A stretch of 38,676 nucleotides of DNA from a virus (IMGVR_UViG_2974632988_000001:123923-162598), one strand, 5' to 3'; counted from the stretch's first letter, positions 11,201 to 19,622 are shown. The notes: a model not told the origin generated them from the letters alone. A program made the numbers and translations.

Positions 11201-11356
11201 TACTGTGTTATATTTATAGTTAACTTTAATAACTTCCGCAAAAGAAAGGGTAACAATATTGTCACCCTCCTTATACGCTCGTTTCAATTCTTTACTTAAT
11301 TGTGATTGGAATCTCATTCCATTTAATGGTTGATATTCTGTCATAGCATTAATCAT
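5285..11356 (-). CDS. Large baseplate central spike / tail fibre (2023 aa): gp5/VgrG-like OB-fold, coiled coil, several carbohydrate-binding-like beta-sandwich modules
   Basis: N-terminal AEVIKVNY...VGSKVLIGFVEGNKDNPIVL OB-fold; repeated DG.[IL]T..E[KR] coiled-coil motifs; NLL.NS-type CBM starts (RNLLTNS, RNLVAGT, MNTIKNS). Start may be the ATG at 11344. Confidence 0.8.
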   Translation of the reverse strand: MINAMTEYQPLNGMRFQSQLSKELKRAYKEGDNIVTLSFAEVIKVNYKYNTVDVITTKYKNSTTKNPNDNGKYSARLPIQFGGRTPQGNVYGTNTLVTVGSKVLIGFVEGNKDNPIVLNIYGAVDNQSMLTRTTMTSGDESDEGVQRELWQLFNLYPSMTYTNVDGRGNREVTFSGKSFLYVTDTDQNNEYVQDEAFDYMDLPSSRYANGELIEPESPKAPTVLYVHQGIYEKHRFTVFIKSDGTFRMGTRNPNGHGITYQQMNPDGSFSIVKKNDTTNPEEESYDQSSMEILKNGNVLLQNPKHKFEITEEGIMVDGKPIGSGGGNGGGTNPEYDEAIRQINKTIETMKITMKAVEGGLQTKVEKNTYEIDLDEIKGAQDALLAEIKTILATLKTSLEDLRTFVGSAFPDGKVTDTRKIELNKKMQAIDSSKTVLDGKYAEVMADPFLSDTLKNTLKISKDRVDGYHQALHNVIDASITDGTITAQEKTDINTAITNYVTALTNIEPVFTSSIEASIVERIKEAVENPVNYTNKEMKKQSAVFTQLFNAISMKVSTEQLTSQVQDLELKMATKEEQIALTNELDKVNNKVDGALSNLPYRVEVTSTNGTVFVNDFIDSVVSARFYKGADDITSTVGIGDIIWTRVSEDQAGDLAWNNNHKGIGNSFRLSVNDVRDRATFFCSYKTPPVATGSITVANLKDISVSKTEPVNPRQGTMWYNMTDGKLYVYMDGKWQFSADGLDFNIRNLLTNSRDCTGGGWTLQSATRTNNQWQGTYIIETAANWGSADYACVDLFTRGVVAANDEVTFCVLARLTGATGVTRPLQFFCESSDKSGTTVGTVTTEWKPFHITFKMLAAMNTAGSKIRFEVADLTSANLKLQVNSHILVQGNSPVNWVPAPEDTQREIDGINNDVKDIRTSVDALGDDGKLTRFERSLIRSWIADITGTYYNPTDVPVPLTEIDKPAYGKGKLYSIRQQARNIGLDIATSPYYKKLGDAYTALIAYLNGFTPKPWDVSSSAIIPIADRVVWNQKWNDYYNFYALFEIEVQDRQKQYTEQKAQEMSDKTIAAISTPGNHDTVPFTNPVTVTPKIATLGLPEFEGNHQDSWYVNGRNLVAGTLTSKTLEGTNASNQTMNIYSFVAGNSIELMGSEFTISYDWSIEGANPSGTMYMQGSNPYPQVAPKITFSSTNIRGREKATLTMPSNIATFISINMRCDNMVGKLTISNLKIELGKNLNPVYTPAPTEGWGTIGNRIRPVTNPVFSSGTDLTILASFYGDGTVNDKFSWDTSGTPVKVKYWIDKSLDTQQQWSYSSKGLNTDSVNKFIKASGNNEYPILFDDNVTNRSGRTTLAFYEDYVIMNCTDSSDSFYQLGDYNMNLHGFSVGETITFSAEVNGDVAGAYMSTWISDGTNWIETRGDVGTAGTWQKLKHTFKIPANAKGLFFRIYFPRVAAANNTKLRFRKVQVERGTNATTWTNANKQTFKRVRGDGATYASIAYASEIVVKHDGKILPRDGNTPEADQMAVNATTGQLYLSLADVDTGWSDSYTPTVEEIKSYFLGWRMCNGQFGGQYVSGGKVWYPQGDKNLDRAVTGRATAPTEVSPSIKDNTIRPYQFVYRLVDPIQEEVSFDGILELLPKANVITTYYPLWTPPIRTGTIKYGTNLATVAQDTRYIVPTMMKRIANAEQKITDEAITNTVVNSREYTLGLKSKADASDLGNYATKDELDNVNKGVDDRIKGEIDKLDFSPFVEKSQLEQTARDWNAKFSAANGMNTIKNSIGFSGTDFWNMYAPNTTVETISNSALDSLGLGSGFYFRPDGKDKGIMQTVKVIPNQPYTLGFYLNKMTKGAVGDSTFRLWIQIRNSAGVTIKQVDNNSDKTTNGLEGGYLTFTPLEDTVTICFIAYSKVEAIVSGIMLNIGDIPLQWTLATGELYNTNVRMNLNGLRVAQLDANGAEVGYTQITPSEFAGFYKNGNGGYEKVFYLNGDETVTKKLKATKEITLGNIKIIDVTSTDITGWAFVPTVK

Positions 11357-11369
11357 CCTCCTTTTTTAT

Positions 11370-11378
11370 ATTATAACA
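11370..11378 (-). promoter_or_regulatory. Extended -10 promoter (TGTTATAAT)
   Basis: Exact motif immediately upstream of the SD AAGGAGG of the 2023-aa gene. Confidence 0.6.
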
Positions 11379-11381
11379 CGT

Positions 11382-13649
11382 TTAACCCGTAAACCTTCTT
11401 ACGTGTCCGTTAAATACCTTCTTCCAGTACGAGGTAGTCAAGTCCTCCTCATGAATACCCGGCGTACTCTGTGAACCTATAAACTTACTGTTACCAGAGT
11501 AAATACCAACGTGACCATCAGATTTATAGGTATCGAAGTAGATAATGTCACCTTCACGTAAAGCTGCGTAGGCTGCATTCTTATCTCCACCACGAGGACT
11601 TATCACTTGAAGTCGAGAATCCTTCGCAATTGTATCTGTTGTCATACCAGTGGCTCCACCATTCAATTGAACTCCATGAAGGTTATAGCACCACCAAACG
11701 AATGATGAACAGTCAATTTTAATTGGGGAATTTAAGAATGGGTTACTACCAGAACGTCCGCCACCGAATACATACACCGATGGTTTAGTTGTCATCTCTC
11801 TTGCAGTAGCTAGAGCTTGCATTGCAACAGTACCTCCGGCTCCGCCACCCATACCACCTGTAGCTCCACCGCCATTACCCATTTGTTGTTGGGCTTGTTT
11901 TGCTTTCTCGGCAAGTTGAGCAAGCGTTTCTTCGCCTAAGTATCCGCCTTTGAAGTCTTCTGATTTACCCCAGAGGTTAGTGAAACGAGATTTCCCGCTA
12001 TCTGGTAAACCTCTTGTTACTCCTAATATAGTAGAATACCCGCTAGTGAAGCTGAACTCATGCTGAACTGACTCTAGATAGAACTCCCATGTTGTTTCTT
12101 GTTCTGCATCCTCATATAATGTTCTAGTTCCTACACGATACATAGGATTACCTAGTACACGAATATCACCAGAGTAGAAGTTAGGATTCTCACAATACCA
12201 GTTATATAGTCTGTCTGTGAACGCTTTCAATTTTGTGTTATCTGCGCTCTTTTCAGAACTATTCGTCTGGTTTGTATCTCCTGTAGCTGCATTCACAATT
12301 TGCGTATATTTATCAGAGTTAAATGAACCGTCTTTTAAGGCATCTACGATGCTCGTAGTCATCGATTGTGTCATGCTAGGGTATTTAGCCTTAAGTCCAG
12401 CTTCCACCTCTGTACGGCGCTTACGCAACGTCTCTGGGTCATTATACTTGCTACTCTTGATGAACGAGTCAACTTCACTGAATGTCGGCTGCTTAACGGT
12501 ACGAGTAGCTGGTTGTGGAGCTGTCATGACTGCTGGAGTAGGTGTAGCAGTTCCTCCGCCCGGATTAGGCATAGGAGTAGGTGTACCTGTACCTCCTGTA
12601 TTTGGTAGATTTGTTAATCCACCATTGGCTGCATTGTTCCCCTGCATAGCTTTATCAGCAGACATCAGATACCTGTTTTGTGCTTCTAGTTTCTTATATC
12701 CGTATTTCTTAATAAGTTCTGGATGGAATCTAGGAAACACACCTAAATCTAAGCTGTTATATTCTAGCAAGCTAGGAGCCTGTACAATATAAACAGAAAA
12801 GGCTTCATTATCATTTTTACCGAATGATTCTTGGATTACGATATCACTCTTAAACTTGTATGTTTCTAGTGCATTCCACTTATCCGGGTCGAATGGAGTA
12901 GGACGCATAACCGCAGCACATTGACCATCTTTTGTATATTCAAAGAATAGCTCATTAAATGGTTTAGCTGTAAGGTCTTCTAAAAACTGTCGTAAGCTAC
13001 CTTGATAGTTTACGAATGGAGATGGGTCTAGTAGAGCCTCATCCTTTTCCCAACTCTCGAATCTATGCGTAAAGTAATCTTGTAATCCTTTACCATCGGC
13101 GAAAGCGTATTGAGCGTATTTGTATAGGAACCTATCCATAAGTTCATTAGAAATACTAGCCGCTGATTTACCAGAAAAGTGTAAACCGTTCTCTGTACCA
13201 TCAGGTAACCAACCCAGACCCGGAGATAGTGCCGCGAACTGCTGGATAACTCCAACTTGGAAATTGATTAATGCCTTTGTCATTGCTTGTCCGGTGATAC
13301 GATATACTAGTGTACCGTTTGCGTATTCTCCGTCTTTCTTGATGTCAGATATTAACCCAACCATGATATACGGATTATCCGGTACTTTATCTGTAACGTC
13401 AGGGAATACTTTAATTCTGATGAGGTCATTCGCATTTAAAATCTTATCCCATTTATCAACTGCTGTTACAATAAGTGAGAATGCTGGGCTATCATCGGAC
13501 ATACTATTTTTACAACTAAATGAAATGATAGCATTATCAAATGAATCACTAGATAGCTGCTTCTTCGTATCGTACGTTAGTTCATAAGAAGTGTTTTCCG
13601 TGATAAGTTGTACTTCGAATGTTGGATACCTCTTTTGAATCTGTACCAT
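11382..13649 (-). CDS. Tail lysin / baseplate hub with C-terminal NlpC/P60 peptidoglycan endopeptidase (755 aa)
   Basis: DCSSFVWW (catalytic Cys) and GHVGIY (His) at the C-terminus; N-terminal gp27-like hub region; position directly after the tape measure. Confidence 0.85.
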   Translation of the reverse strand: MVQIQKRYPTFEVQLITENTSYELTYDTKKQLSSDSFDNAIISFSCKNSMSDDSPAFSLIVTAVDKWDKILNANDLIRIKVFPDVTDKVPDNPYIMVGLISDIKKDGEYANGTLVYRITGQAMTKALINFQVGVIQQFAALSPGLGWLPDGTENGLHFSGKSAASISNELMDRFLYKYAQYAFADGKGLQDYFTHRFESWEKDEALLDPSPFVNYQGSLRQFLEDLTAKPFNELFFEYTKDGQCAAVMRPTPFDPDKWNALETYKFKSDIVIQESFGKNDNEAFSVYIVQAPSLLEYNSLDLGVFPRFHPELIKKYGYKKLEAQNRYLMSADKAMQGNNAANGGLTNLPNTGGTGTPTPMPNPGGGTATPTPAVMTAPQPATRTVKQPTFSEVDSFIKSSKYNDPETLRKRRTEVEAGLKAKYPSMTQSMTTSIVDALKDGSFNSDKYTQIVNAATGDTNQTNSSEKSADNTKLKAFTDRLYNWYCENPNFYSGDIRVLGNPMYRVGTRTLYEDAEQETTWEFYLESVQHEFSFTSGYSTILGVTRGLPDSGKSRFTNLWGKSEDFKGGYLGEETLAQLAEKAKQAQQQMGNGGGATGGMGGGAGGTVAMQALATAREMTTKPSVYVFGGGRSGSNPFLNSPIKIDCSSFVWWCYNLHGVQLNGGATGMTTDTIAKDSRLQVISPRGGDKNAAYAALREGDIIYFDTYKSDGHVGIYSGNSKFIGSQSTPGIHEEDLTTSYWKKVFNGHVRRFTG

Positions 13650-13663
13650 GTTGTTCCTCCTTT

Positions 13664-13762
13664 CTAACTAAATAACATATAACCAACTAATATCCCCATT
13701 AGGAACGGAGCTGATACACTTACTAGTAATGCAAAAATCCATTCACTTTTTGTACCTCGCAT
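13664..13762 (-). CDS. Unannotated 32-aa single-pass membrane peptide MRGTKSEWIFALLVSVSAPFLMGILVGYMLFS
   Basis: Below the ORF-track cutoff. SD AAGGAGG 7 nt before the ATG; fills the gap between tape measure and tail lysin; its TAG abuts the next SD. Confidence 0.7.
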   Translation of the reverse strand: MRGTKSEWIFALLVSVSAPFLMGILVGYMLFS

Positions 13763-13780
13763 TGTTAAACCTCCTTATTT

Positions 13781-13821
13781 AAAAAGAAGAGAGGGACGGT
13801 ACTAGACCATCACCATCTCTT
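13781..13821 (-). terminator. Intrinsic terminator overlapping the tape measure stop
   Basis: Bulged stem GATGGT/ACCGTC extended by GAGA/TCTC pairing, followed by TTCTTTTT. Confidence 0.55.
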
Positions 13822-16800
13822 TAGAATAGAAACCAAGCATATCAGAAAGGTCTTTACCGACTTTCTTCATGTCAGAAGAACTCTTAAGTTTATCTGATAC
13901 CTTCTCGTCGCCTTTAACATTGACGTTGATAGTCGCTGTCATTGTACCAGAACCGGAACCTGTAGGAGCGCCCTTCATGATACTTGCGATATTAGAAGCC
14001 CAGTCAGAGTTTGTCGCGTAACCAGCTTTATGCATTGCATCTAGAGTTGTTCTACCTTTACCGTAGTACTTCTCTGCAATCCATTTAGCTCCACCCATGA
14101 TACCGTTCTCGGCTGCGGAACCTCCGCCGTTTTTGAACTCGAAAGCACTTGAGTACGGACTGTCATCGAACGCGCCGATACCGAAGAAGTTACCTTTGTC
14201 GCGAGCAATCTTAGATGTACCCCAAGCAGATTCTTCCGCCGCGTGAGCGATTAAATAACGGGGGTCAAGACCAGTTTCTTGTCCAGCTTTTAGGAAGGTA
14301 GCACCCATGCCTCTCATCATTGAGTTTTTAGGAGCTTTAGAGTTAATCCATGCATCTAGGTCTTCTGCTGTTAATTTCGCATCAGTCATACCTAAGTCAT
14401 GTTGTGTCACGTTGCTGTTTGACCACTTCTGACCATCTGCTAGGAACTTCAATGAACCTGCTCCAGTGAAACCGTTAATACCGTTAGCTCCTCCTGCTGC
14501 ACCACCTTGAGCTGTACCCATGATACCGTTTTGAGCGCGGGCTTGAGCTAGTAATGCTTCCGCCTTTTGAAGTGCTTTTTCGTATAGAGTTAAGTTTTCT
14601 CGTTCGAACGATAAGTTGTCAGTCTTCTTAACTTCTGTACGCTGTTTGGTATTTGTATTCTCTTTGTCTACTAATTCCTTGATAGTGTTTGCGTTACCAC
14701 TTGTGTTAGGCATATTAGTAGGCATCTGGTCGGCTGCGGTGAATCCCATGCTAGTAGCCATTGGAGTAGAAGACGACATAGATGTATTTGTAGCTGCTGG
14801 GACATCACCAGAAGATGATGGAGATGCTTTAGGAGCTGGTGCGATGTTCTTTTCTTTCCCTTTATCTGGGTCGAACCATCCACCGATACTTTCACCGATA
14901 TTACTACCGAAGATAGAACCAATGATACCACCAGTTAAACCGATAGCTCCTCCGACTAATGTACCTGCACCCGGGATGATAGAACCTGCTGCTGCTCCGG
15001 CTGCTGCACCGCCTAAGATACCTCCACCGATACCGCCTATAGCACTACCTGTTGCTTTACCTTTGTCACCGGAATCTGCGGAAGATATTGAGCTAACGGC
15101 TGTTATAGCTGCAAGAGGTAGTAAAAGTTTATTGAGTCCTTTGAAAGTGACACTATTCTTTAATCCACCTTTGAACAAGTTAGGGAATTTATTCGCGTTT
15201 GCTGCGGCTGCTGCTCCACCTGCTACTGCTGCTCCTCCGGCGATTGCTTCCCCTGTACCGAAGTTAGCTAATCCACCTGCTCTAGCGCTAGGGTCGAATA
15301 ATCCTTTGAACCAGTTACCTACGCCACCTTGTGTGTAAGTTCTAGTCTCTCCACCCGGAACTACTGGAGTTGTTGGTGGTACTGCTGTTTCTGGTACGAT
15401 TAGTCCGCCCGGTGTAGTAGTATGCCCCGGTGGAACTCCTCCGCTCGGTGGTCTTGTAGAACCTCCACCCGGTGCAACAGTTCCACCGCCAGTACCTCCA
15501 GTTCCACCTCCGCCACCGTATGTACCTAGTGACCTGTTTTTAATTGCACCTGCTAATCCGAACGATGCGGCTGCGGCTAACATAGAAGCTGTAAATGCGC
15601 CTACTGCAATGATAGCTCCGTAAATAGGTGCAGGTAATCCACCTAAAGCAGCATTAGCGGCACGAACAGCTTGACCCATATCGTTAATACCTACAGCTTG
15701 TTTCGCTGTAACCGCTTCACTTTGGCTATCTGTAGCTGCACTAGATTTCTCATAGTTGCTTAAACGTTTTTTGGATTCTTTGTCACCTTCTGACTGATTG
15801 CTTTCGATAACTTTTCCTAAGTTTTCTTTACTAAGGGTACCTTTGTTGTACTCATCCATAAGACCTTTTGCTTGTTGAGTTGTAATATCAACGCCCAGTC
15901 TATCTTTAGCGAATGACATAAACGCTTCGTATTCCTTCTCTTTATCGCCACCACCGAACTGTTTAGCAATCCCAGCGATAGTATTAACGTTATCGATATC
16001 GGAAATACCTTTCTCCATCTGTTCACGTAATTTCCAGCGACCTTCTACACCTTGATATTTAGTACCTTGACCGAACGCTACACGAACAGCAGGGTCATCG
16101 AAACCTTTACGAATACCTTCATCAAGACTAGATAACATCTGACCGCCTTTTGTTCCTCCTAACGCGGAGATGCCTGTACCAGCAAGAACAGATTGTAATC
16201 CCATTGTTTGCATCATTTCTTGGTTTGTGATAGAACGTCCTTGTGTCATTCCTTGTAAGATACCATCTAAAGCTTTAAGTTGGTCTTTCTCACGACCTTC
16301 CATGCCACTCTGTTTGATAGCTCCTAAGAATGCATTCTGGAATTGTTTTGTTGAACTTCCAGTTACGCCACCACTACGATAAGCTGTGTCGAAGAACTGT
16401 TGTGTATCCTGTGCGTTGATACCAGTGGAACGGCTAAATACTGCTTGACCATTCATTGCGTCTTGTAAATCCTTACGCCCAGTATTACCTCTAGCTGTTA
16501 AATAGTTCTCTTGGAATGCTAACATGTCTACGCCATCGAAACCTAATCGGTTAGCTAGACCAGATTTCATAGCATTGTTACGAATGTCAGTTCTCCAATT
16601 TCCACCATCTGTACCAGTTTGTTGACCGATATAAACCTCGTTACCGCGCATCTCTTTACTTAAGCTACCACCTTGACTATACAACCTACCGATTGATGCG
16701 GTAACTGCTGCTGTAATAGCCATACCGATAGCGGGCGCACGTTCACTTAGCATCCCCGGAACTGTGTTTCTATCTGCTTTTTGTCGTGTACCTTGCAGAG

Positions 16801-17731
16801 ATTCATGGTAACCTTGCATGTTAGCTGTAGTTTGCTCTAAAACTTTATTAAGCTTTGTACGAGCTGTAAACTCTTGGTCTAATGCACGGATGCTATTTTG
16901 TAACTCAACACGTTTTGCCATATCAGCATTTGTAGCGTTAGGGTTTGACTCAATCGAATTAATCTGTTTCGCAAAGTCTGTTAAGTTTGTAGCGATTTCT
17001 GTTAAACGAGTTAAGTTGGCATCTTTACTATTTTTGTAAGAACCGTTAACAGTTTGATAATCTCTAGTAAAGTTAGATGCCTGTTGATGTGACATGTAAC
17101 CGGAAGCGCTTGCACGACGAGATAAACTTTCTGAACGTCTGTCAAGTTTTTTAGCTTCTTTGATTTGGTTTAGTACATCATCTAATTGACCAGAAGAAGC
17201 GTTGATATCAGAAAGAATACCTTTTACAGTTCTTCTTGCTTCATCTAGATTTTTTGTATCGACATGCATTAAACCTTTTTGTTGGTAGTTCGTACTAAAG
17301 TTCTTCGTATATGTTTGACCAAACTTAGCTAAGTTCTTTTGGTAATTTGTTGCTTTTGTATATGTACGGTCTAACTCTCGACGCTGCTCTTGCACAAATT
17401 TAAGATAGTCCTGCTTTGATTTCATGTCAACGCCAGTAACCTTCTTCATTTTGTCAGAGTCATTATTCTGGAACATGCGTTGGTTAGAACCTTTAAGACT
17501 CTTATCTAAATCTTTAAGCAAGGCTTGGAGTTTTCTATACTCTTGGGCTGCTTGCTTCGCATGTCTCATACTGTTGAGGATATCGCTATCGTTTGTAGTG
17601 TGACCGCGACTTTCTCCTTTTTTCTGGAGCCTGTCAATATCGTCCATAGCTTGCTTAACTTTATTTAAGCCCTTCATGGCTTTTTCTATATCAGCATTGA
17701 CATCAAATATAAATGTTTCTTTATTAGCCAA
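13802..17731 (-). CDS. Tape measure protein with C-terminal GH73 glucosaminidase (LytD-like) domain (1309 aa, TTG start)
   Basis: Long alpha-helical N-terminus, Gly/Ala-rich hydrophobic segments, C-terminal GLDPRYLIAHAAEESAWGTS...NFFGIGAFD (GH73); follows the chaperone genes. Confidence 0.9.
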   Translation of the reverse strand: MANKETFIFDVNADIEKAMKGLNKVKQAMDDIDRLQKKGESRGHTTNDSDILNSMRHAKQAAQEYRKLQALLKDLDKSLKGSNQRMFQNNDSDKMKKVTGVDMKSKQDYLKFVQEQRRELDRTYTKATNYQKNLAKFGQTYTKNFSTNYQQKGLMHVDTKNLDEARRTVKGILSDINASSGQLDDVLNQIKEAKKLDRRSESLSRRASASGYMSHQQASNFTRDYQTVNGSYKNSKDANLTRLTEIATNLTDFAKQINSIESNPNATNADMAKRVELQNSIRALDQEFTARTKLNKVLEQTTANMQGYHESLQGTRQKADRNTVPGMLSERAPAIGMAITAAVTASIGRLYSQGGSLSKEMRGNEVYIGQQTGTDGGNWRTDIRNNAMKSGLANRLGFDGVDMLAFQENYLTARGNTGRKDLQDAMNGQAVFSRSTGINAQDTQQFFDTAYRSGGVTGSSTKQFQNAFLGAIKQSGMEGREKDQLKALDGILQGMTQGRSITNQEMMQTMGLQSVLAGTGISALGGTKGGQMLSSLDEGIRKGFDDPAVRVAFGQGTKYQGVEGRWKLREQMEKGISDIDNVNTIAGIAKQFGGGDKEKEYEAFMSFAKDRLGVDITTQQAKGLMDEYNKGTLSKENLGKVIESNQSEGDKESKKRLSNYEKSSAATDSQSEAVTAKQAVGINDMGQAVRAANAALGGLPAPIYGAIIAVGAFTASMLAAAASFGLAGAIKNRSLGTYGGGGGTGGTGGGTVAPGGGSTRPPSGGVPPGHTTTPGGLIVPETAVPPTTPVVPGGETRTYTQGGVGNWFKGLFDPSARAGGLANFGTGEAIAGGAAVAGGAAAAANANKFPNLFKGGLKNSVTFKGLNKLLLPLAAITAVSSISSADSGDKGKATGSAIGGIGGGILGGAAAGAAAGSIIPGAGTLVGGAIGLTGGIIGSIFGSNIGESIGGWFDPDKGKEKNIAPAPKASPSSSGDVPAATNTSMSSSTPMATSMGFTAADQMPTNMPNTSGNANTIKELVDKENTNTKQRTEVKKTDNLSFERENLTLYEKALQKAEALLAQARAQNGIMGTAQGGAAGGANGINGFTGAGSLKFLADGQKWSNSNVTQHDLGMTDAKLTAEDLDAWINSKAPKNSMMRGMGATFLKAGQETGLDPRYLIAHAAEESAWGTSKIARDKGNFFGIGAFDDSPYSSAFEFKNGGGSAAENGIMGGAKWIAEKYYGKGRTTLDAMHKAGYATNSDWASNIASIMKGAPTGSGSGTMTATINVNVKGDEKVSDKLKSSSDMKKVGKDLSDMLGFYSKEMVMV

Positions 17732-17757
17732 GTTCCCTCACCATCCTTTTTACTTAA

Positions 17758-17785
17758 AGAAAAGTAGAGGGAAAATCGCCTCTAC
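17758..17785 (-). terminator. Intrinsic terminator between chaperone and tape measure genes
   Basis: GTAGAGG-8 nt-CCTCTAC followed by TTTTTCTT. Confidence 0.7.
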
Positions 17786-17790
17786 CCACT

Positions 17791-18465
17791 TTAAAGTGTT
17801 GTATATTCGTCGTCATCGTCTTCGAATAATGCAATAGCCTTGTCCATTGCTTTCTTATTCAATGCGTAATCGGACTTAGGAGCCTCACCAGCAAGCTCCC
17901 GGTCATCAACTAGACGTTTACCCTTACCGCCTCTAGAACGCTCTCTAGCAAGCTCCTCGGCTTTCTCTAGCTGTTTGTTTATGTATTGAGTTACTTCGGA
18001 TTCACGAGATGTCATGCCGCCATTTTCCAGATGCTCATTGTACTCATCCAGTCCGTCGAATCGACCCTCAAGGTTTTTAAGGTCTTCCGCTTTAGTCATA
18101 GCATTAATCTGTTCAGCAATCTTATTACCGTCGTGACCGTCTTTAAGTACGTCCCAATCACCAACATCGCGGTTCCATACTTCTTCATCGAATGATGAAT
18201 CATAATGGTCGCCATCGCCTTGTACACCTTTACGTGCGCGTTCCATTTCCCTAGCATCTTCCGCCATAGAATAAAGCATTAAGTCTATCTGGATATCGGA
18301 TAGTGCTTTAAACTCTGGACTAGTTGGGAGTATCTTAAACTCCCTCATTAATGCCCACAGATTTCGCATATAAGGAGTACGAGCTAATTGTTTTAACCCG
18401 CCGAACTGCTTTACCTTATCTACGAAAGGTTTGCATCCATGCGGAGAAATCAACCCCGATTGCAT
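17791..18465 (-). CDS. Tail assembly chaperone, downstream (GT-like) part; probably reached by +1 frameshift from the upstream ORF
   Basis: Overlaps the upstream chaperone by 50 nt in the +1 frame; no clear SD before its ATGs; immediately upstream of the tape measure. Confidence 0.75.
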   Translation of the reverse strand: MQSGLISPHGCKPFVDKVKQFGGLKQLARTPYMRNLWALMREFKILPTSPEFKALSDIQIDLMLYSMAEDAREMERARKGVQGDGDHYDSSFDEEVWNRDVGDWDVLKDGHDGNKIAEQINAMTKAEDLKNLEGRFDGLDEYNEHLENGGMTSRESEVTQYINKQLEKAEELARERSRGGKGKRLVDDRELAGEAPKSDYALNKKAMDKAIALFEDDDDEYTTL

Positions 18466-18844
18466 ATAAGATATCTAAATTGTAAATATCCTCATCCTTT
18501 TCTAAGCATTTTGGAACTTCTTTACCGCAAACTCGTAGAGATGCTAATGTTTGATATACGATTAAGTAGTACTGTGACATGTATGTATTCATTCCGCTTA
18601 AGTATCCTGCTGTCATCGCTTGGATTTTACCGACTTCGATTGCGTTAGGTGCTTTGATTGCGACTGTAAACTTCAAGTCAAATTCTGGTAAGTCATACTC
18701 TTTTCTAAATACGTCATTCTTACCTCGGATAATTCTATCTACTACCTCTCGTTGCTCTTCTTGTCTTTCTACTTCTATCTGCTCCGGCGTTTTAGCCTCT
18801 TGTAAGTGTTCAATATCTTTCTGAATATTCTGAAAATTTGTCAT
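18416..18844 (-). CDS. Tail assembly chaperone (G-like, 142 aa)
   Basis: SD AGGAGG; canonical position upstream of the tape measure. Confidence 0.8.
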   Translation of the reverse strand: MTNFQNIQKDIEHLQEAKTPEQIEVERQEEQREVVDRIIRGKNDVFRKEYDLPEFDLKFTVAIKAPNAIEVGKIQAMTAGYLSGMNTYMSQYYLIVYQTLASLRVCGKEVPKCLEKDEDIYNLDILYAIGVDFSAWMQTFRR

Positions 18845-18873
18845 GTTTATTTGCCTCCTAAGTTATCTATTAA

Positions 18874-18881
18874 TAATATAG
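18874..18881 (-). promoter_or_regulatory. Putative late promoter -10 (TGCTATATTA)
   Basis: Recurrent motif upstream of the chaperone SD. Confidence 0.6.
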
Positions 18882-18904
18882 CACTTGCTTTTCCCTATAT
18901 ATCT

Positions 18905-18913
18905 ATTATAACA
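18905..18913 (-). promoter_or_regulatory. Extended -10 promoter (TGTTATAAT)
   Basis: Exact motif just downstream of the Rok-like gene terminator. Confidence 0.5.
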
Positions 18914-18914
18914 T

Positions 18915-18944
18915 AAAAAGGACTACCCACTTGTTGGATAGCCC
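18915..18944 (-). terminator. Intrinsic terminator of the Rok-like gene
   Basis: GGGCTATCC-7 nt-GGGTAGTCC (G-U pairs) followed by TTTTT. Confidence 0.75.
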
Positions 18945-18953
18945 TCTAGTAAA

Positions 18954-19622
18954 TTACTTAACATATTGGTATAAACCATAACCTGCACTTTGAATCGTTG
19001 GCTCGTGCATCTTGATTTGTCGTAATGTTTCGTGTGGATGGTTCATTTGGATTCCTGCATCATTTAAAGCTTTAATCAAGTCTTTAGATTTCATTGGTTC
19101 TACATGCTCTTTAAGAATTACTTTAGCAAATTGAGAAACAACTTTGTTGTCATTCATTGAACCTCTCATAAGTGTCTTTCTCATTTCTAACTTATCAGGC
19201 TCAAGACCAGCAGAAGGTTTTTCTTTAGGCTTGTCCACATTAAGAGGTAGGATGTCTGGTTGCTCAATTTCGTTACATAAGTTTGTAGGTTGCGTTGGTT
19301 CTGCAATTGTTATTCCTTCTTTTTTCATGTCAGCTACTATAGATTTTAGCTCGTCCATCATTTCTGGAATGATTTTTTTGAACTCTTCTCTTGCATTTCT
19401 ATTAGCTTCTTCTACCATTTCTTGTGGAACCATTGGTCTTTCGTAAACCTCTGTTACGAATTTATCTACTGTATCAGCTTGTTCGCTCATTCTATCGATT
19501 TCGTCTAGTTCTCTTAATCTATCTAAGTTCTTTACGTACTCTGTATATAAACGAGCGCGCTCCTCTTCGATATAATTCATCATTCTTTCTATAGCTTGTC
19601 TTTCTGTAAATGTTGATGTCAT
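18954..19622 (-). CDS. Rok-like nucleoid-associated protein / xenogeneic-silencer homologue (222 aa; N-terminal oligomerisation coil, C-terminal winged helix)
   Basis: Start reassigned to ATG 19622 (SD AAGGAG). FTERQAI...RLRELD and ILKEHVEPMKSKDL...EPTIQSAGYGLY resemble B. subtilis Rok (FNEREAL...KLRELD; TLKRHNAAIKSSEL...YPEVKKPYRGQY; Rok sequence recalled from memory). Confidence 0.7.
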   Translation of the reverse strand: MTSTFTERQAIERMMNYIEEERARLYTEYVKNLDRLRELDEIDRMSEQADTVDKFVTEVYERPMVPQEMVEEANRNAREEFKKIIPEMMDELKSIVADMKKEGITIAEPTQPTNLCNEIEQPDILPLNVDKPKEKPSAGLEPDKLEMRKTLMRGSMNDNKVVSQFAKVILKEHVEPMKSKDLIKALNDAGIQMNHPHETLRQIKMHEPTIQSAGYGLYQYVK

